This document shows, piece after piece, positions 48,646 to 58,919 of a stretch of DNA of 64,000 nt. The stretch's first letter is position 1, and every line of letters begins with the position of its first letter. Source of the stretch: an uncultured Chloroflexia bacterium. Its GTDB lineage: Bacteria > Chloroflexota > Limnocylindria > Limnocylindrales > CSP1-4. The stretch is from assembly GCA_963800275.1 (NCBI GenBank), contig CAWDAI010000008.1, positions 19,447 through 83,446 on the forward strand, in the 5' to 3' direction. The position numbers were made by a program, and so were the translations under genes. The notes under the pieces were generated by a model. It had not been told where the DNA came from. It was given only the letters and a program-made list of their open reading frames with translations, and searched no databases.

Positions 48646-51624
48646 ATGATCGGCGCCATGGCGCGCAGGATGTCGAGCTCGGTGCTGGTCGGTCGGACCC
48701 AGGCGATGGAGACGCTCGGTTCGGCGCTCGAGCAGACGATCGGGGGTCGCCCCAGCCACGTCGTCATCGGCGGCGAGGCCGGGGTGGGCAAGACGCGCCT
48801 CCTGACTGAGGCCCGCAAACAGGCCGAAGCCAGGGGCGCTCGCGTCGTTTCCGGGGGCTGCGTCTCGATGGGTGCCGATGGCCTGCCCTTCGCACCCTAT
48901 ACGGAGATCATCCGCTCGCTGGTCGCAGCAGACGGCGCGGCCGCGGTCCGGGCCATGGTCGGCCGGGCTGCGCCCGACCTGTCCCGCCTGGTGCCCGCAC
49001 TCGATACCGGCCAATCGCCGCCGGAGCAGGAGCTGTGGGCGCAGACCCGCCTCTACGAGGCCATCCTGGACCTGCTGCGGCGCCTGGCCGCGCAGGGCCC
49101 CCTGGTGGTCCAGCTCGAGGACCTGCACTGGGCCGATGCGGGCACGCTCGCGGCCACCTCCTTCCTGCTCCGCGCCTTCGAGGCCGAGCCCGTCAGCATC
49201 TGGGCCACGTTCCGCGCCGACGAGATCACCCGGCGCCACCCGGTCCGTCCCTGGTTGGCGGAGGTCGTGCGCGACACCGACGTGGCGCGCATCGAGCTGG
49301 AGCCACTCGACCAGGCAGAGGTCGCGGCTCTCGTCGCACACATCCTCGGCTCTGAGCTGCAGGAGCGCGAGGTGGAGGAGATCCGCCGACGCTCGGATGG
49401 CAACCCGTTCTTCGTGGAGGAGCTGCTCTGCTGTCGCGATGACTACCAGGAAGCGCTGCCGGCCTCGCTCAGGGACGTCCTGCTGTCGCGCGTCGATGCC
49501 CTACCCGATGACGCCCAGCAGTTGGTCGGGGTAGCCGCCGTGGGTGGCCAGGAGGTGGAACACGACATCCTCGTTGCCATCGCCGGTGGTGTGGTCGCCG
49601 AACCAGGCTTGCGCACGCTGGTCGAGAGCGGTCTGCTGGTGCCGGTCCAGGCCATCGATGGCGATGACGCCTACGCCTTCCGCCATGCCCTGCTGCGCGA
49701 GGTCACCTACGAGGAGCTGCTGCCGGCCGACCGGCGACGCCTCCATCAGCGTTGGGGCGAGTTCCTCGCTGAGCATGGGCGAGGCGACGCGACCGATCCG
49801 GCGGGCCTCTTGCAGCTGGCCCACCACTGGCGCGAGGCTCGAGACGGACGCGCACTGGCGGCGTCGATCGTGGCTGGCGACGCGGCGATGGCCTCATTCA
49901 GCTACGAGACCGCCTCGCGCGAGTACGGCGAGGCGCTGGCACTGTGGGAGGACGGTCCGTCTGGCGACGCCGACATCGACCATGTCGAGCTGCTGGCCAG
50001 GGGCGCGCGCGCCGCCTATCTCGCCTCCGACTATCGGCGCGCGTCGTCCTGGTGTCGCTCGGCCATCGGGGAGGTCGACGCGGCCGATGCAGCTCGCCGG
50101 ACCACCCTGCGCATCCTGCTGGGACGGATCGAATGGGTCTCCGGTGATTGGGGTGCCAGCGTCGCCACCTATGAGGGCGCCCTTGCCGGTGCGCCGGCTG
50201 AGCCGCCCATCGTCCGTCTTCAGGCGCTGGCTGGCCTGGCCCAGGCATACATGCTCCATGCCCGGCTGCGCGAGGCCCGGCCCATGTTGGAGGAGGCCAT
50301 CGACGGCGCCATCGCCAGCGATGCCCGGGAGATGGAGGGACACGCCCGCAACACGCTCGGCGGGGTCCTCTCGGGCCTGGGGGAGGGTGACGCGGCACGG
50401 GCATCCCTCGAAGCGTCGTTGGCGATCGCCCTCGAGCTGGGCATCCCCGACGACATCGGTCGGGCTTACGTCAACCTGGCTGATGCCGAGAGCTCGAGTG
50501 GCTACCCCGAACGAGCCTTCGAGACATCGCTGCAAGGCATGCGTGTGGCGGCCGAGTGGGGCGTCTCCAACAGCTATGGCTCCTACCTGGGCTACGGCGC
50601 GGCCAGTTTCGGCTTCGAGTGCGGACGCTGGGACGAGGCCCTGGATCTGCTCGTGCGCGCCGACCGCATCTCCGGCTCGAGCGAAGGCTCGTATGTCTAC
50701 CGGGCGTCGTATGTCGCCGAGCTCTTTGCTTGCAGTGGGGACGAACGGTTCCCCGCCCTGTGGGAGCGGGCATCTCGCCTCATCCTTGAGCGACCGACTT
50801 CCCACACCCACGGTCCGCTCTTCATGGGCGGCATCGAACAGGCTGCCTTCAGGGGCGATCCGGGCCTGGCTCTGGAGCGCGCGCGGGAGGTCATCGATCT
50901 TCTCCACACCGTGGACGGCTCCATCCAGCTGGCCGGCGTCGCCCGCGTCGCGGCCTGGCCGGTAGCTGACCTGGGCGTGGCCGCCCGCCGCAGCGGAGAC
51001 GAGGCCGCCCTGGTGCGGGCACGGGCGGAGATGGATGAGCTTGAGCTGATCGCGGCCGCCTGGCAGAGCGAGGACATCGACCCCCACAGCCGCCTGGCAG
51101 AGGTCCTGCGGCTCGGTACGGGTGACCAGCTGGCCGCCGAGCGCGCACGTCTGGAGGGTACCGACACCGCCACACAGTGGGCCGACCTGGCCGACGCCTG
51201 GGCACGACTCGGCCGTCCCTTCCGCTCGGCCATGGCCCGCTGGCGCGAGGCCCAGGCTGCCGAGGCGAGCGCTGATCGCGAAATGGCCACGGCCGCCCTG
51301 CGCACGTCGCACCGGCTGGCCACCGAGCTCAGGGCACGGCCACTGCTGGAGGAGCTGGAGACCATGGCGCGCCGCCTGCGCGTGCGCCTGGCGGGCGGGC
51401 CAGCATCGGTGGCCGCTGAGCGAGCCTACGGCCTGACGCCACGTGAGCTGGAGGTACTGGCCGAGGTCGCCGCCGGCCACACCAACCGCGAGATCGCCGA
51501 GACGCTCTTCATCAGCGACTCCACCGCCGGCGTCCATGTCAGCAACATCCTGGGCAAGCTGGGAGTGGCCACCCGGACCGAGGCGGCACGCGTCGCCCTC
51601 GACCAGGGACTGCTGCCCGCCTGA
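48646..51624 (+). CDS. LAL-type (large ATP-binding LuxR-family) transcriptional regulator: AAA/STAND NTPase + TPR + C-terminal LuxR HTH
   Basis: P-loop GGEAGVGKTRLL, Walker B VVQLEDLHWAD, TPR-like repeats, C-terminal LTPRELEVLAEVAAGHTNREIAETLFISDSTAGVHVSNILGKLGV. The start is ambiguous (48607, 48646, 48658). Confidence 0.85.
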   Translation: MIGAMARRMSSSVLVGRTQAMETLGSALEQTIGGRPSHVVIGGEAGVGKTRLLTEARKQAEARGARVVSGGCVSMGADGLPFAPYTEIIRSLVAADGAAAVRAMVGRAAPDLSRLVPALDTGQSPPEQELWAQTRLYEAILDLLRRLAAQGPLVVQLEDLHWADAGTLAATSFLLRAFEAEPVSIWATFRADEITRRHPVRPWLAEVVRDTDVARIELEPLDQAEVAALVAHILGSELQEREVEEIRRRSDGNPFFVEELLCCRDDYQEALPASLRDVLLSRVDALPDDAQQLVGVAAVGGQEVEHDILVAIAGGVVAEPGLRTLVESGLLVPVQAIDGDDAYAFRHALLREVTYEELLPADRRRLHQRWGEFLAEHGRGDATDPAGLLQLAHHWREARDGRALAASIVAGDAAMASFSYETASREYGEALALWEDGPSGDADIDHVELLARGARAAYLASDYRRASSWCRSAIGEVDAADAARRTTLRILLGRIEWVSGDWGASVATYEGALAGAPAEPPIVRLQALAGLAQAYMLHARLREARPMLEEAIDGAIASDAREMEGHARNTLGGVLSGLGEGDAARASLEASLAIALELGIPDDIGRAYVNLADAESSSGYPERAFETSLQGMRVAAEWGVSNSYGSYLGYGAASFGFECGRWDEALDLLVRADRISGSSEGSYVYRASYVAELFACSGDERFPALWERASRLILERPTSHTHGPLFMGGIEQAAFRGDPGLALERAREVIDLLHTVDGSIQLAGVARVAAWPVADLGVAARRSGDEAALVRARAEMDELELIAAAWQSEDIDPHSRLAEVLRLGTGDQLAAERARLEGTDTATQWADLADAWARLGRPFRSAMARWREAQAAEASADREMATAALRTSHRLATELRARPLLEELETMARRLRVRLAGGPASVAAERAYGLTPRELEVLAEVAAGHTNREIAETLFISDSTAGVHVSNILGKLGVATRTEAARVALDQGLLPA

Positions 51625-51712
51625 GCGGGTCCTAGGATCGATCCCTGCCTGGGGCGGTCGCCTGGGCGGGTCCCAGGATCGATCCCTGCCTGGGGCGGTC
51701 GCCTGGGCGGGT
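51625..51712. repeat. 41-bp tandem direct repeat (2.2 copies) containing the GGATCGATCC palindrome, in a convergent intergenic region
   Basis: gcgggtccYaggatcgatccctgcctggggcggtcgcctgg x2, plus a partial third copy. It sits between the LAL stop (51624) and the LacI stop (51713). Confidence 0.6.
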
Positions 51713-52717
51713 CTACGGTGCGGGCGGTGCGATCTCGCCCGAGCCGCGGATGACCAGCCGGGTAGAGATGGTCCGATGCTGGCTGGGGCCGCTGTAGCCG
51801 TCCAGGCGGGCGAAGAGCAGCTCGGCCGCCGCTCGCCCGATGGCGTAGGGATCCTGCGCCACCACCGTCACGGCCGGGTCGAGCATGCCGGCCAGCTCGA
51901 CGTCGTCGAAGCCGATGAGCGCGATCAGGTGCTGCAGGCCGAGCAGGTGCAAGGCATGGATGGCACCGATGGTGATGAGGTTCTGACTGGCGAAGAGGGC
52001 GGTCGGGGCGACCGGCGGCGGCAGTCGCAGCAGGCTCTCGACCGCGCGCTGCGAGGTGTCTCGTGTGTGCAGGTCGGTACGCACCAGCTGCTCATCGACC
52101 GAGATCCCGGCGGCGGCCAGCGCGTCCGCGTAGCCCTTGAAGCGATCCTGGGCCGTGGTGATGTCGGTGAGGTCCCCGAGGAAGGCGATGCGCCGATGGC
52201 CGGCTGCCAGCAGGTGCTCCACCGCCTCACGCGATCCGGTCCGGTTGGTCGCGAGCACGGTATCGGCATCGAGGAATCGCGGCGCCCGGTCGACGAAGAC
52301 CGCGGCCAGGCCGGCCTGCATCTCCGGCTGCAGGTATGACTGATCGGTGCCGGTCGGAACCATCACCAGGCCATCGACCCGGCGCTGGATCATGGCTCGC
52401 GCCACCTCCCGCTCGCGGACCGGATCCTCGTCCAGGCTGGTGGCCAGCACGGCCATGCCGCGCTCGATGGCGGCATCGTCGACGGCGCGATGGACCGCGC
52501 CCGAGAAGGGATTGGCCACGTTCTCGAGCATCAGGCCCAAGGTCGCGGTCTGCCGTCCGCGGCGCAGGTTGGAGGCGGTCAGGTCCGGGCGATAGTCGAG
52601 CTGGTGAGCGGCCGCCTCCACTCGTTCGGCCAGAGTCTCCGAGACTCCGCTCTCGCGGTTGACCACGCGCGATACGCTCTTGATGCTGACCCCGGCCAGT
52701 GCGGCCACGTCGCGCAT
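51713..52717 (-). CDS. LacI-family transcriptional regulator
   Basis: MRDVAALAGVSIKSVSRVVN HTH; periplasmic-binding-like effector domain; 334 aa (an N-extended alternative start exists at 52747). Confidence 0.85.
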   Translation of the reverse strand: MRDVAALAGVSIKSVSRVVNRESGVSETLAERVEAAAHQLDYRPDLTASNLRRGRQTATLGLMLENVANPFSGAVHRAVDDAAIERGMAVLATSLDEDPVREREVARAMIQRRVDGLVMVPTGTDQSYLQPEMQAGLAAVFVDRAPRFLDADTVLATNRTGSREAVEHLLAAGHRRIAFLGDLTDITTAQDRFKGYADALAAAGISVDEQLVRTDLHTRDTSQRAVESLLRLPPPVAPTALFASQNLITIGAIHALHLLGLQHLIALIGFDDVELAGMLDPAVTVVAQDPYAIGRAAAELLFARLDGYSGPSQHRTISTRLVIRGSGEIAPPAP

Positions 52718-52751
52718 GGTGGCTCGACGGCGCGGTCCGACCACCATGGCC

Positions 52752-52883
52752 CCGCTGCTTGACAACGTTGTCCGTTTCGGGCTGCTCATCGCAAGCAACG
52801 ATATGACATCGTTTGCACGGAAACAACCCGGCGACGGGTTGACATTCGGGTGACCTCGCGACTACCGTGCAAGACAACGTTGT
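52752..52883. promoter_or_regulatory. Divergent promoter region with two copies of the LacI-type operator palindrome GACAACGTTGTC and a TTGACA -35 hexamer
   Basis: GACAACGTTGTC at 52752-52763 and 52872-52883. TTGACA at 52836-52841 with a TACCGT-like -10 after 17 bp. Sits between the LacI gene and the ABC substrate-binding gene. Confidence 0.45.
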
Positions 52884-52951
52884 CACACCTGACGACGGGA
52901 GGAAGCTGCCACCCAGGCAGCCGGAGGATAAAGAGGAGGCTCGCTGTCGCG

Positions 52952-54064
52952 ATGACCTTTGTTTCAAGCCGCTCGATGCGGCTCATCACCGTTGGTGCGA
53001 CCGTCGCGCTGACCGCCGGCATGGTCGCCGGTACCGCCGCCGTGGCTCAGGACGAGTCGCCGGCCGCCAGTGACATGGCGCTCGACGGCACCGGTGTCGA
53101 TATCGAGTACATCGTCAAGGAGAACATCAACCCCTTCTGGGTCTGGCAGATCAACGCTGCCACCGCTGAGGCCGAGAAGCTCGGCGCCAGCCTGCATGCT
53201 TGTTGGGGCGTCCAGGACCCCGATCCCGAGGGTCAGACGACCTGCATCGAGAACGCCATCTCGCGCGGTGCCAACACCATCATCATCGCGCCCGCTAACG
53301 CCGGCGTCACACCGGCCATCGATCAGGCTCGCGCGGCTGGGCTCATGACCATCGCCGTCGACACCAAGACCGATCCGCCCGATGCGGTCGACATGACCTT
53401 CGCCACGGACAACTTCCAGGCCGGTCTGCTCATCGGCGAGTGGGCCAAGGCCAAGCTCGGCGACGCGGCAGCGGACGCCAAGGTCGCGTTCATCAACATC
53501 GACCCGTCTCAGCCGGTCGTCGGTGTGCAGCGTAACCAGGGCTTCATGCAGGGCTTCGGCATGGATGTCGGTGACATCAACAAGTGGGGTGACGAGACCG
53601 ATCCCCGCATCGTCGGCCAGGAGATCGGCCACGGTAACCAGGAGGGCGGTCTGGCGGCCATGGAGCTGCTGCTCCAGGCCAACCCGGACATCAACGTCCT
53701 CTACACCATCAACGAGCCCACCGCGGCGGGTGCCATGCAGGCCCTCGAGGCCGCGGGCAAGACCGCCGACGACGTGCTCGTGCTCTCGGTCGACGGCGGC
53801 TGCGCCGGCGTGACCGACCTGCAGAACGGCATCATCGACGCCACGTCGATGCAGTTCCCGTCCCGCATGGCCGAGCTCAGCGTCGACTGGGCCGTGCGTA
53901 ATGCCATGACCGGAGAGCTGCCGTCCCCGCAGGACAGCCCCTACTACGTCGAGGGCAACGACATCTACAACACCGGTGTCGAGCTCATCACCAACGACCC
54001 GCAGGAAGGCGTTCCCTCCGAGGACAGCACCTGGGGCCTCGAAAATTGCTGGGGCACCGCGTAG
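52952..54064 (+). CDS. Sugar ABC transporter substrate-binding protein (Peripla_BP_4-like)
   Basis: AAGAGGAGG RBS; signal peptide MTFVSSRSMRLITVGATVALTAGMVAGTAAVAQDES; type-I PBP fold; 370 aa. Confidence 0.8.
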   Translation: MTFVSSRSMRLITVGATVALTAGMVAGTAAVAQDESPAASDMALDGTGVDIEYIVKENINPFWVWQINAATAEAEKLGASLHACWGVQDPDPEGQTTCIENAISRGANTIIIAPANAGVTPAIDQARAAGLMTIAVDTKTDPPDAVDMTFATDNFQAGLLIGEWAKAKLGDAAADAKVAFINIDPSQPVVGVQRNQGFMQGFGMDVGDINKWGDETDPRIVGQEIGHGNQEGGLAAMELLLQANPDINVLYTINEPTAAGAMQALEAAGKTADDVLVLSVDGGCAGVTDLQNGIIDATSMQFPSRMAELSVDWAVRNAMTGELPSPQDSPYYVEGNDIYNTGVELITNDPQEGVPSEDSTWGLENCWGTA

Positions 54065-54202
54065 TCCCGCGCTAACGAGCTGTTAACCAGATGACGGGAT
54101 GGCCACTCGGCCATCCCGTCATCTCTGTACCCTCAACCACGCGTGTCGCCCGACCCGGGGACGGGCCACGATCGAGAAGGGAGACTCGATGAGGCGCATC
54201 GG

Positions 54203-55300
54203 ATGACCGACCACGACGATCGCTCCGTGGATCGCGAGGAGGATTCGCGCCGCGCTGAATTGACGGCTGCGGGCGTCGCCGGCGAGATCTCAGAGCAAGA
54301 ACGGCAACAGCCGACGGCGCTCCAGCGTGTCCAGCGGGTCCTGCACCGCTATCCGGCCCTCGGGCCGCTGTTCGTCCTGCTCGCCATGCTGGTGGCGTTC
54401 AGCTTCACGTCCGACCGGTTCCTGCAGCCGTTCAACATGAGCCTGATCATCCAGCAGGTCACGGTCGTGGGCACCCTGGCCATCGGCCAGACGATCATCA
54501 TCCTGACCGCCGGCATCGACCTCTCCGTCGGTGCCATCACCGTCTTCGTATCGGTGGTCATGGCCAAGCTGTCCGCTGATTACGGTGTACCCGGGATCGC
54601 GGCCCTGTTCGTGGGCTTCAGCTTTGGCACCGCCTGCGGCCTCTTGAACGGCCTGCTCATCACCCGTCTGCGGTTGCCGCCGTTCATCGTGACCCTGGGC
54701 ACGCTGAGCATCTTCTTCGCTCTCAACCTGTACGTCTCGGCCTCCACGACCATCCGCGGCCGGGACATGGATCCGATCCTCACCGCCCTCGCGGGCGCGG
54801 GCGGCACGATCGAGCTGCCGGTGATCAACACGCCCATCCCCTTCGCTTCGCTGGGCATGCTCGTGTTGTACGCCATCATGGCCTATGTCCTGCGCTACAC
54901 CGCCTGGGGCCGGCACATCTACGCCACCGGCGACGACCCCGAGGCCACGCGCCTGACCGGCATCAAGGTCGACCGCGTGCTCGTCTCGGTCTACGCGGTG
55001 GCGGGCTTCATCTACGGGATGGGGGCCTGGTTCCTCCTCGGTCGCATCGGCGCGGCCAGTCCCCAGGTCGGTACCAGCTACAACCTCGACACCATCACCG
55101 CTGTCGTCATCGGCGGCACCAGCCTCTTCGGCGGCCGGGGCGTGGTCGTGGGCACGCTCATCGGCGCCGTCATCGTGGGCATGGCCCGCAACGGCCTGAG
55201 CCTTGCGGGCTTCGACCCGCTGTGGCAGGACTTCACCATCGGCGTCCTCGTCATCGTGGCCGTCACACTCGACCAGTGGATCCGGAGGGTCAGCGCATGA
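54203..55300 (+). CDS. Sugar ABC transporter permease (BPD_transp_2)
   Basis: Polytopic, ribose-type permease signature; N-terminal acidic cytoplasmic extension; the start is uncertain. Confidence 0.8.
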   Translation: MTDHDDRSVDREEDSRRAELTAAGVAGEISEQERQQPTALQRVQRVLHRYPALGPLFVLLAMLVAFSFTSDRFLQPFNMSLIIQQVTVVGTLAIGQTIIILTAGIDLSVGAITVFVSVVMAKLSADYGVPGIAALFVGFSFGTACGLLNGLLITRLRLPPFIVTLGTLSIFFALNLYVSASTTIRGRDMDPILTALAGAGGTIELPVINTPIPFASLGMLVLYAIMAYVLRYTAWGRHIYATGDDPEATRLTGIKVDRVLVSVYAVAGFIYGMGAWFLLGRIGAASPQVGTSYNLDTITAVVIGGTSLFGGRGVVVGTLIGAVIVGMARNGLSLAGFDPLWQDFTIGVLVIVAVTLDQWIRRVSA

Positions 55301-56193
55301 CCGTGGCAACGACCGGCGACATCCCGACCCCCGTGATGCAGGCCAAGCGCCTGGTCAAGAGCTACGGCCGCGTGGTCGCGCTCGACGGTGCCAACCTCGA
55401 GCTCTACCCCGGCGAGGTGCTCGGCGTCATCGGCGACAACGGCGCCGGCAAGTCGACACTCATCAAGTGCTTCAGCGGCGCGGTCATCCCCGACGAGGGC
55501 GAGATCTACATCGACGGCGAGCTGGTCCATCTGCACTCGCCCGGCGACTCCATGGCCGCCGGCATCGAGACCGTCTACCAGACGCTGGCGGTGTGCCCGG
55601 CACTGGACATCGGGACCAACCTCTTCCTGGGCCGGGAGCGGCGCAAGCCGGGTATCCTCGGGTCGGTCTTCCGCATGCTCGACCTCGGCGGCATGCGCGA
55701 GGCGGCTCGCAAGGAGATGTCCGATCTCGGCCTGCTCACGATCCAGGACATGACCCAGGCCGTCGAGACACTATCCGGCGGTCAGCGCCAGGGCGTGGCC
55801 GTGGCACGTGCAGCCGCCTTCGGTCAGCGCGTGGTGATCATGGACGAGCCCACTGCGGCCCTGGGTGTGAAGGAATCCTCCAAGGTGTTGCAGCTGATCC
55901 GTGACGTGCGCGACCGCGGGATCCCGGTCATCCTCATCAGCCACAACATGCCGCACGTGTTCGACGTCTCGGACCGGATCCACATCCACCGGCTGGGACG
56001 ACGGGTAGCCGTGGTGACGCCCGCGTCCCACTCCATGGCGGACGCGGTGGCGATCATGACCGGTGCCCTCGAATCGAATCAGACCGAAGAGGAGATGTCC
56101 CGTCCCAACCCGACCAAGTCCGGGCTTGAGACCGTGGGCCATGTGCGCTCCGGGTCCATGACCTCGGCCCAGCCACAAGCCCCAGGACCCTAG
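55297..56193 (+). CDS. Sugar ABC transporter ATP-binding protein (single NBD)
   Basis: ATGA overlap with the permease. Walker A GDNGAGKSTL, signature LSGGQRQ, Walker B VIMDEPTAAL; 298 aa. Confidence 0.85.
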   Translation: MTVATTGDIPTPVMQAKRLVKSYGRVVALDGANLELYPGEVLGVIGDNGAGKSTLIKCFSGAVIPDEGEIYIDGELVHLHSPGDSMAAGIETVYQTLAVCPALDIGTNLFLGRERRKPGILGSVFRMLDLGGMREAARKEMSDLGLLTIQDMTQAVETLSGGQRQGVAVARAAAFGQRVVIMDEPTAALGVKESSKVLQLIRDVRDRGIPVILISHNMPHVFDVSDRIHIHRLGRRVAVVTPASHSMADAVAIMTGALESNQTEEEMSRPNPTKSGLETVGHVRSGSMTSAQPQAPGP

Positions 56194-56783
56194 GAGTGCT
56201 TTCCGCGCGTCCAGCCCTGTGGGCCCAGGGTCTCCTCAGCGAACCGGGCTGAGTCTTCCTCCAACGAGGTGGCCAGCGAGTCATTGAGGCGGTTCAAGTA
56301 GCCGTACAACGCGACGGCGGCCAGGATCTCCACGATCTGGCCGTCGTCCCAGTGCTGGCGCAGCCGATCGAAATCCTCGTCGGTGACCGCGTTCGGCACG
56401 GACGCCGCGTGCACTGCGAAGTCCAGTGCGGCACGCTCGGCCTCGCTGAAGAGGGGGCTCGTGCGGTAGCTCCAGATCGCCGCCAGGCGGTCCGGCTCGG
56501 CGCCGGCGCGTGCGGCGCCCTGCAGGGCGTGGGCCTCGCAGTAGCGGCAGCCGTGCACGTGCGAGGCCATGTGCGCTACCAGGTTCTTGAGCTCCACGGG
56601 CACCGTGCCCGAATCCGGGTCGAGCACCGCTCGGCGAAGGGCGATGAAGCCCTTCACGATCTCCGGCCGCCGGGCCATGATGCGCAGGCCGTTGGGCACG
56701 AAGCCGAGCGTCCGCCGGTAGGTGGCTTCCACCTCCTCCAGGCCCTCGATCTCGGACAGGGACAGCGGTTCCAGTCGGGACAT
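56190..56783 (-). CDS. Carboxymuconolactone decarboxylase (CMD/AhpD-like) family protein
   Basis: MSRLEPLSLSEIEGLEE...HMASHVHGCRYCEAH is the CxxC-containing AhpD-like core; 197 aa. Confidence 0.7.
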   Translation of the reverse strand: MSRLEPLSLSEIEGLEEVEATYRRTLGFVPNGLRIMARRPEIVKGFIALRRAVLDPDSGTVPVELKNLVAHMASHVHGCRYCEAHALQGAARAGAEPDRLAAIWSYRTSPLFSEAERAALDFAVHAASVPNAVTDEDFDRLRQHWDDGQIVEILAAVALYGYLNRLNDSLATSLEEDSARFAEETLGPQGWTRGKHS

Positions 56784-56857
56784 GCGTTCCTCCTGCATGG
56801 ATGGGCCGGTCGTGACCCGTCCCCACGGTAGCGCGCTGACGTGGCAGGCTCTGGGGG

Positions 56858-57922
56858 ATGGATCTCCCATTCGCCTTGCTGCAGGCGGCCGTCGGCGTCG
56901 CCCTCGTCTCGCTCTCGCTGGCCTCTGCCTTCCGCACGGTGGTGCTGCCCGGAGCCGCTTTCGATCGCCTGTCGCGCGGGATCTTCCTGTCCCTGCGCTG
57001 GCTGCTCAAGGTGCTGTCACGCAACCAGCGCTACTACCAGCGCGAAGCCGTCTTCAGCGTCCACGCACCCCTCGCCCTCCTCGTGCTGGCGTTGGCCTGG
57101 GCCACCGGCATCATGTTCGGCTTCGCCTTGCTCTTCCACGCCACCGGTGGCGTGTCCATCGATAAATCGCTTGCGCTCGCGGGCTCGTCATTCACCACGC
57201 TCGGATTCATCCGGCCCCAAGAGGGCATGCATGAGTTCCTGGCCATCAGCGCCGCGATCCTGGGATTGGCCATCGTGGCCATGCTGCTCTCGTACCTCCC
57301 CACCATCTACGGGCTCTACTCGCGCCGCGAGGTGGTGGTCGCGGACGTGAGCATCAAGAGCGGCGGCCAGGCCCACGGTCCCGACCTCCTGGCCCGGTTG
57401 TCCATCGGAGCCGACACCCACCGGATCGACGATCTCTGGTCCGACTGGAATCACTGGCTCATCGCGTTGGGCGAGACCCACACGTCCGAGCCGGCCCTCT
57501 GTTTCTTCCGTTCGCCTCGCGGCGGACGATCGTGGCTGACCGCCGCCACGGCCCTGCTGGATGCGGCCATCCTGCGCAACGTGGTCGTCGACAACCCCGG
57601 GTCCCTGCGCGCCGAGATGACCTACGACGCGGGCGTAGAGGCGTTCGAGAGCATCGCCGCGTTCTTCAACGTGGCACCGCCGGACGTCCCCCACGAGACC
57701 CGCCTGTCGCGCGTCGATTTCGACGCGGCCGTGGCCATCCTCGAGACGTCCGGCGTGCCCGTGATCGAGGACCGCGACGCGGCCTGGCGTGAGTTCGCGC
57801 GGCTGCGGGCGAGCTTCGAGCCGCAGCTGCTGGGCCTCTGTCGCCTGCTCCTGCCACCCCCCTCGCGCTGGGGTGCCGATCTGCTCGACCAGCCCTCTCC
57901 CTCCGACGTGCCGAAGGCGTAG
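56858..57922 (+). CDS. Hypothetical integral membrane protein
   Basis: 4-5 N-terminal TM helices plus a soluble C-terminal domain; 354 aa; no recognised motif. Confidence 0.55.
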   Translation: MDLPFALLQAAVGVALVSLSLASAFRTVVLPGAAFDRLSRGIFLSLRWLLKVLSRNQRYYQREAVFSVHAPLALLVLALAWATGIMFGFALLFHATGGVSIDKSLALAGSSFTTLGFIRPQEGMHEFLAISAAILGLAIVAMLLSYLPTIYGLYSRREVVVADVSIKSGGQAHGPDLLARLSIGADTHRIDDLWSDWNHWLIALGETHTSEPALCFFRSPRGGRSWLTAATALLDAAILRNVVVDNPGSLRAEMTYDAGVEAFESIAAFFNVAPPDVPHETRLSRVDFDAAVAILETSGVPVIEDRDAAWREFARLRASFEPQLLGLCRLLLPPPSRWGADLLDQPSPSDVPKA

Positions 57923-58051
57923 CGGCGGGCCGCCGGGTCGAGCGCACCTGCGGGTCGATCCGATCAGGCCGGACCCGGGTTCCGGCGATGGCGGGTATCC
58001 TGCGCCCGCCGGTATCTGCCGCCGGTTCTGCCGACCCCGACAGGAGGATGA

Positions 58052-58820
58052 CGTGAGCCACCATCGACCCCGCGCCCTCGCCCTGCCATCTCGCCGACCG
58101 ATCCCCGGGCTCGCCCTGGTCCTGGGCGCCGCCCTTGCGCTCGGTGCCAGCCCCGCGTTGGGCCAGGAGGCATCGTCCGCCCCCGGAGGGATCGACGGAT
58201 CCTGGGACATCGACACGTCCATCGAGGGCTTCGATCAAGACTTGAGCTCGGGCTCGTGGGTCGGATTCCGCGTGGCCGAGGTCCTCGATCCCGGTGGCTC
58301 GACCGAAGCCATCGGGCGCACGCCGCTGGTGGCTGGTTCACTGGTCGCCTCCGGTTCCGTCATCGAGAGCGCGGTCATCGAGGCTGACCTCACCGGCATC
58401 CGCAGCGACCAGCCGCGGCGCGAGAGCGCGATCCAGCGCTCGCTGGGCACGAACGAGTTCCCCATCGCCCGCTTCGAGATGACCGGCCCGGTGGATCTGG
58501 GGGTGGTACCGCCCGAGGGTGAACCCTTCAGCGCCACACTACCGGGCACGCTCACCATCCGTGATGTCGGCCAGGATGTGACGCTGGAACTGCAAGGCCA
58601 GCGCGCCGGCGACCTGGCCGTCGTGGTCGGGACGCTGCCGCTCGACTTCACCTCGTTCGGGGTGACCATGCCGACCGCGCCCATCGTGGTCTCGGTCGAA
58701 GGTCAGGGCGACCTCGAATGGCAGCTCTACCTGTCGCGCGATACGGGTATGGCGATGGAGGCGACGACACAGCCCGGCCCGACCGCCGCCCCGAGCGGGG
58801 ACCCGGTCCCCGACGAGTAG
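58052..58820 (+). CDS. Secreted YceI-like family protein
   Basis: AGGAGG RBS 5 nt before the GTG; signal peptide; YceI-like β-barrel signature (…WDIDTSIEGFDQDLSSGSWVGFRVAEVL…FPIARFEMTG…). 256 aa. Confidence 0.7.
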
Positions 58821-58919
58821 GCGCCGCGCTCGCATGTTGTCAGGCGAGTAGTCCTCCATCCGACCGACGGGGGCCCGGACACCGACCGCGGGCGCCCGGT
58901 GTCCGGCGTCCCCCCGGCG

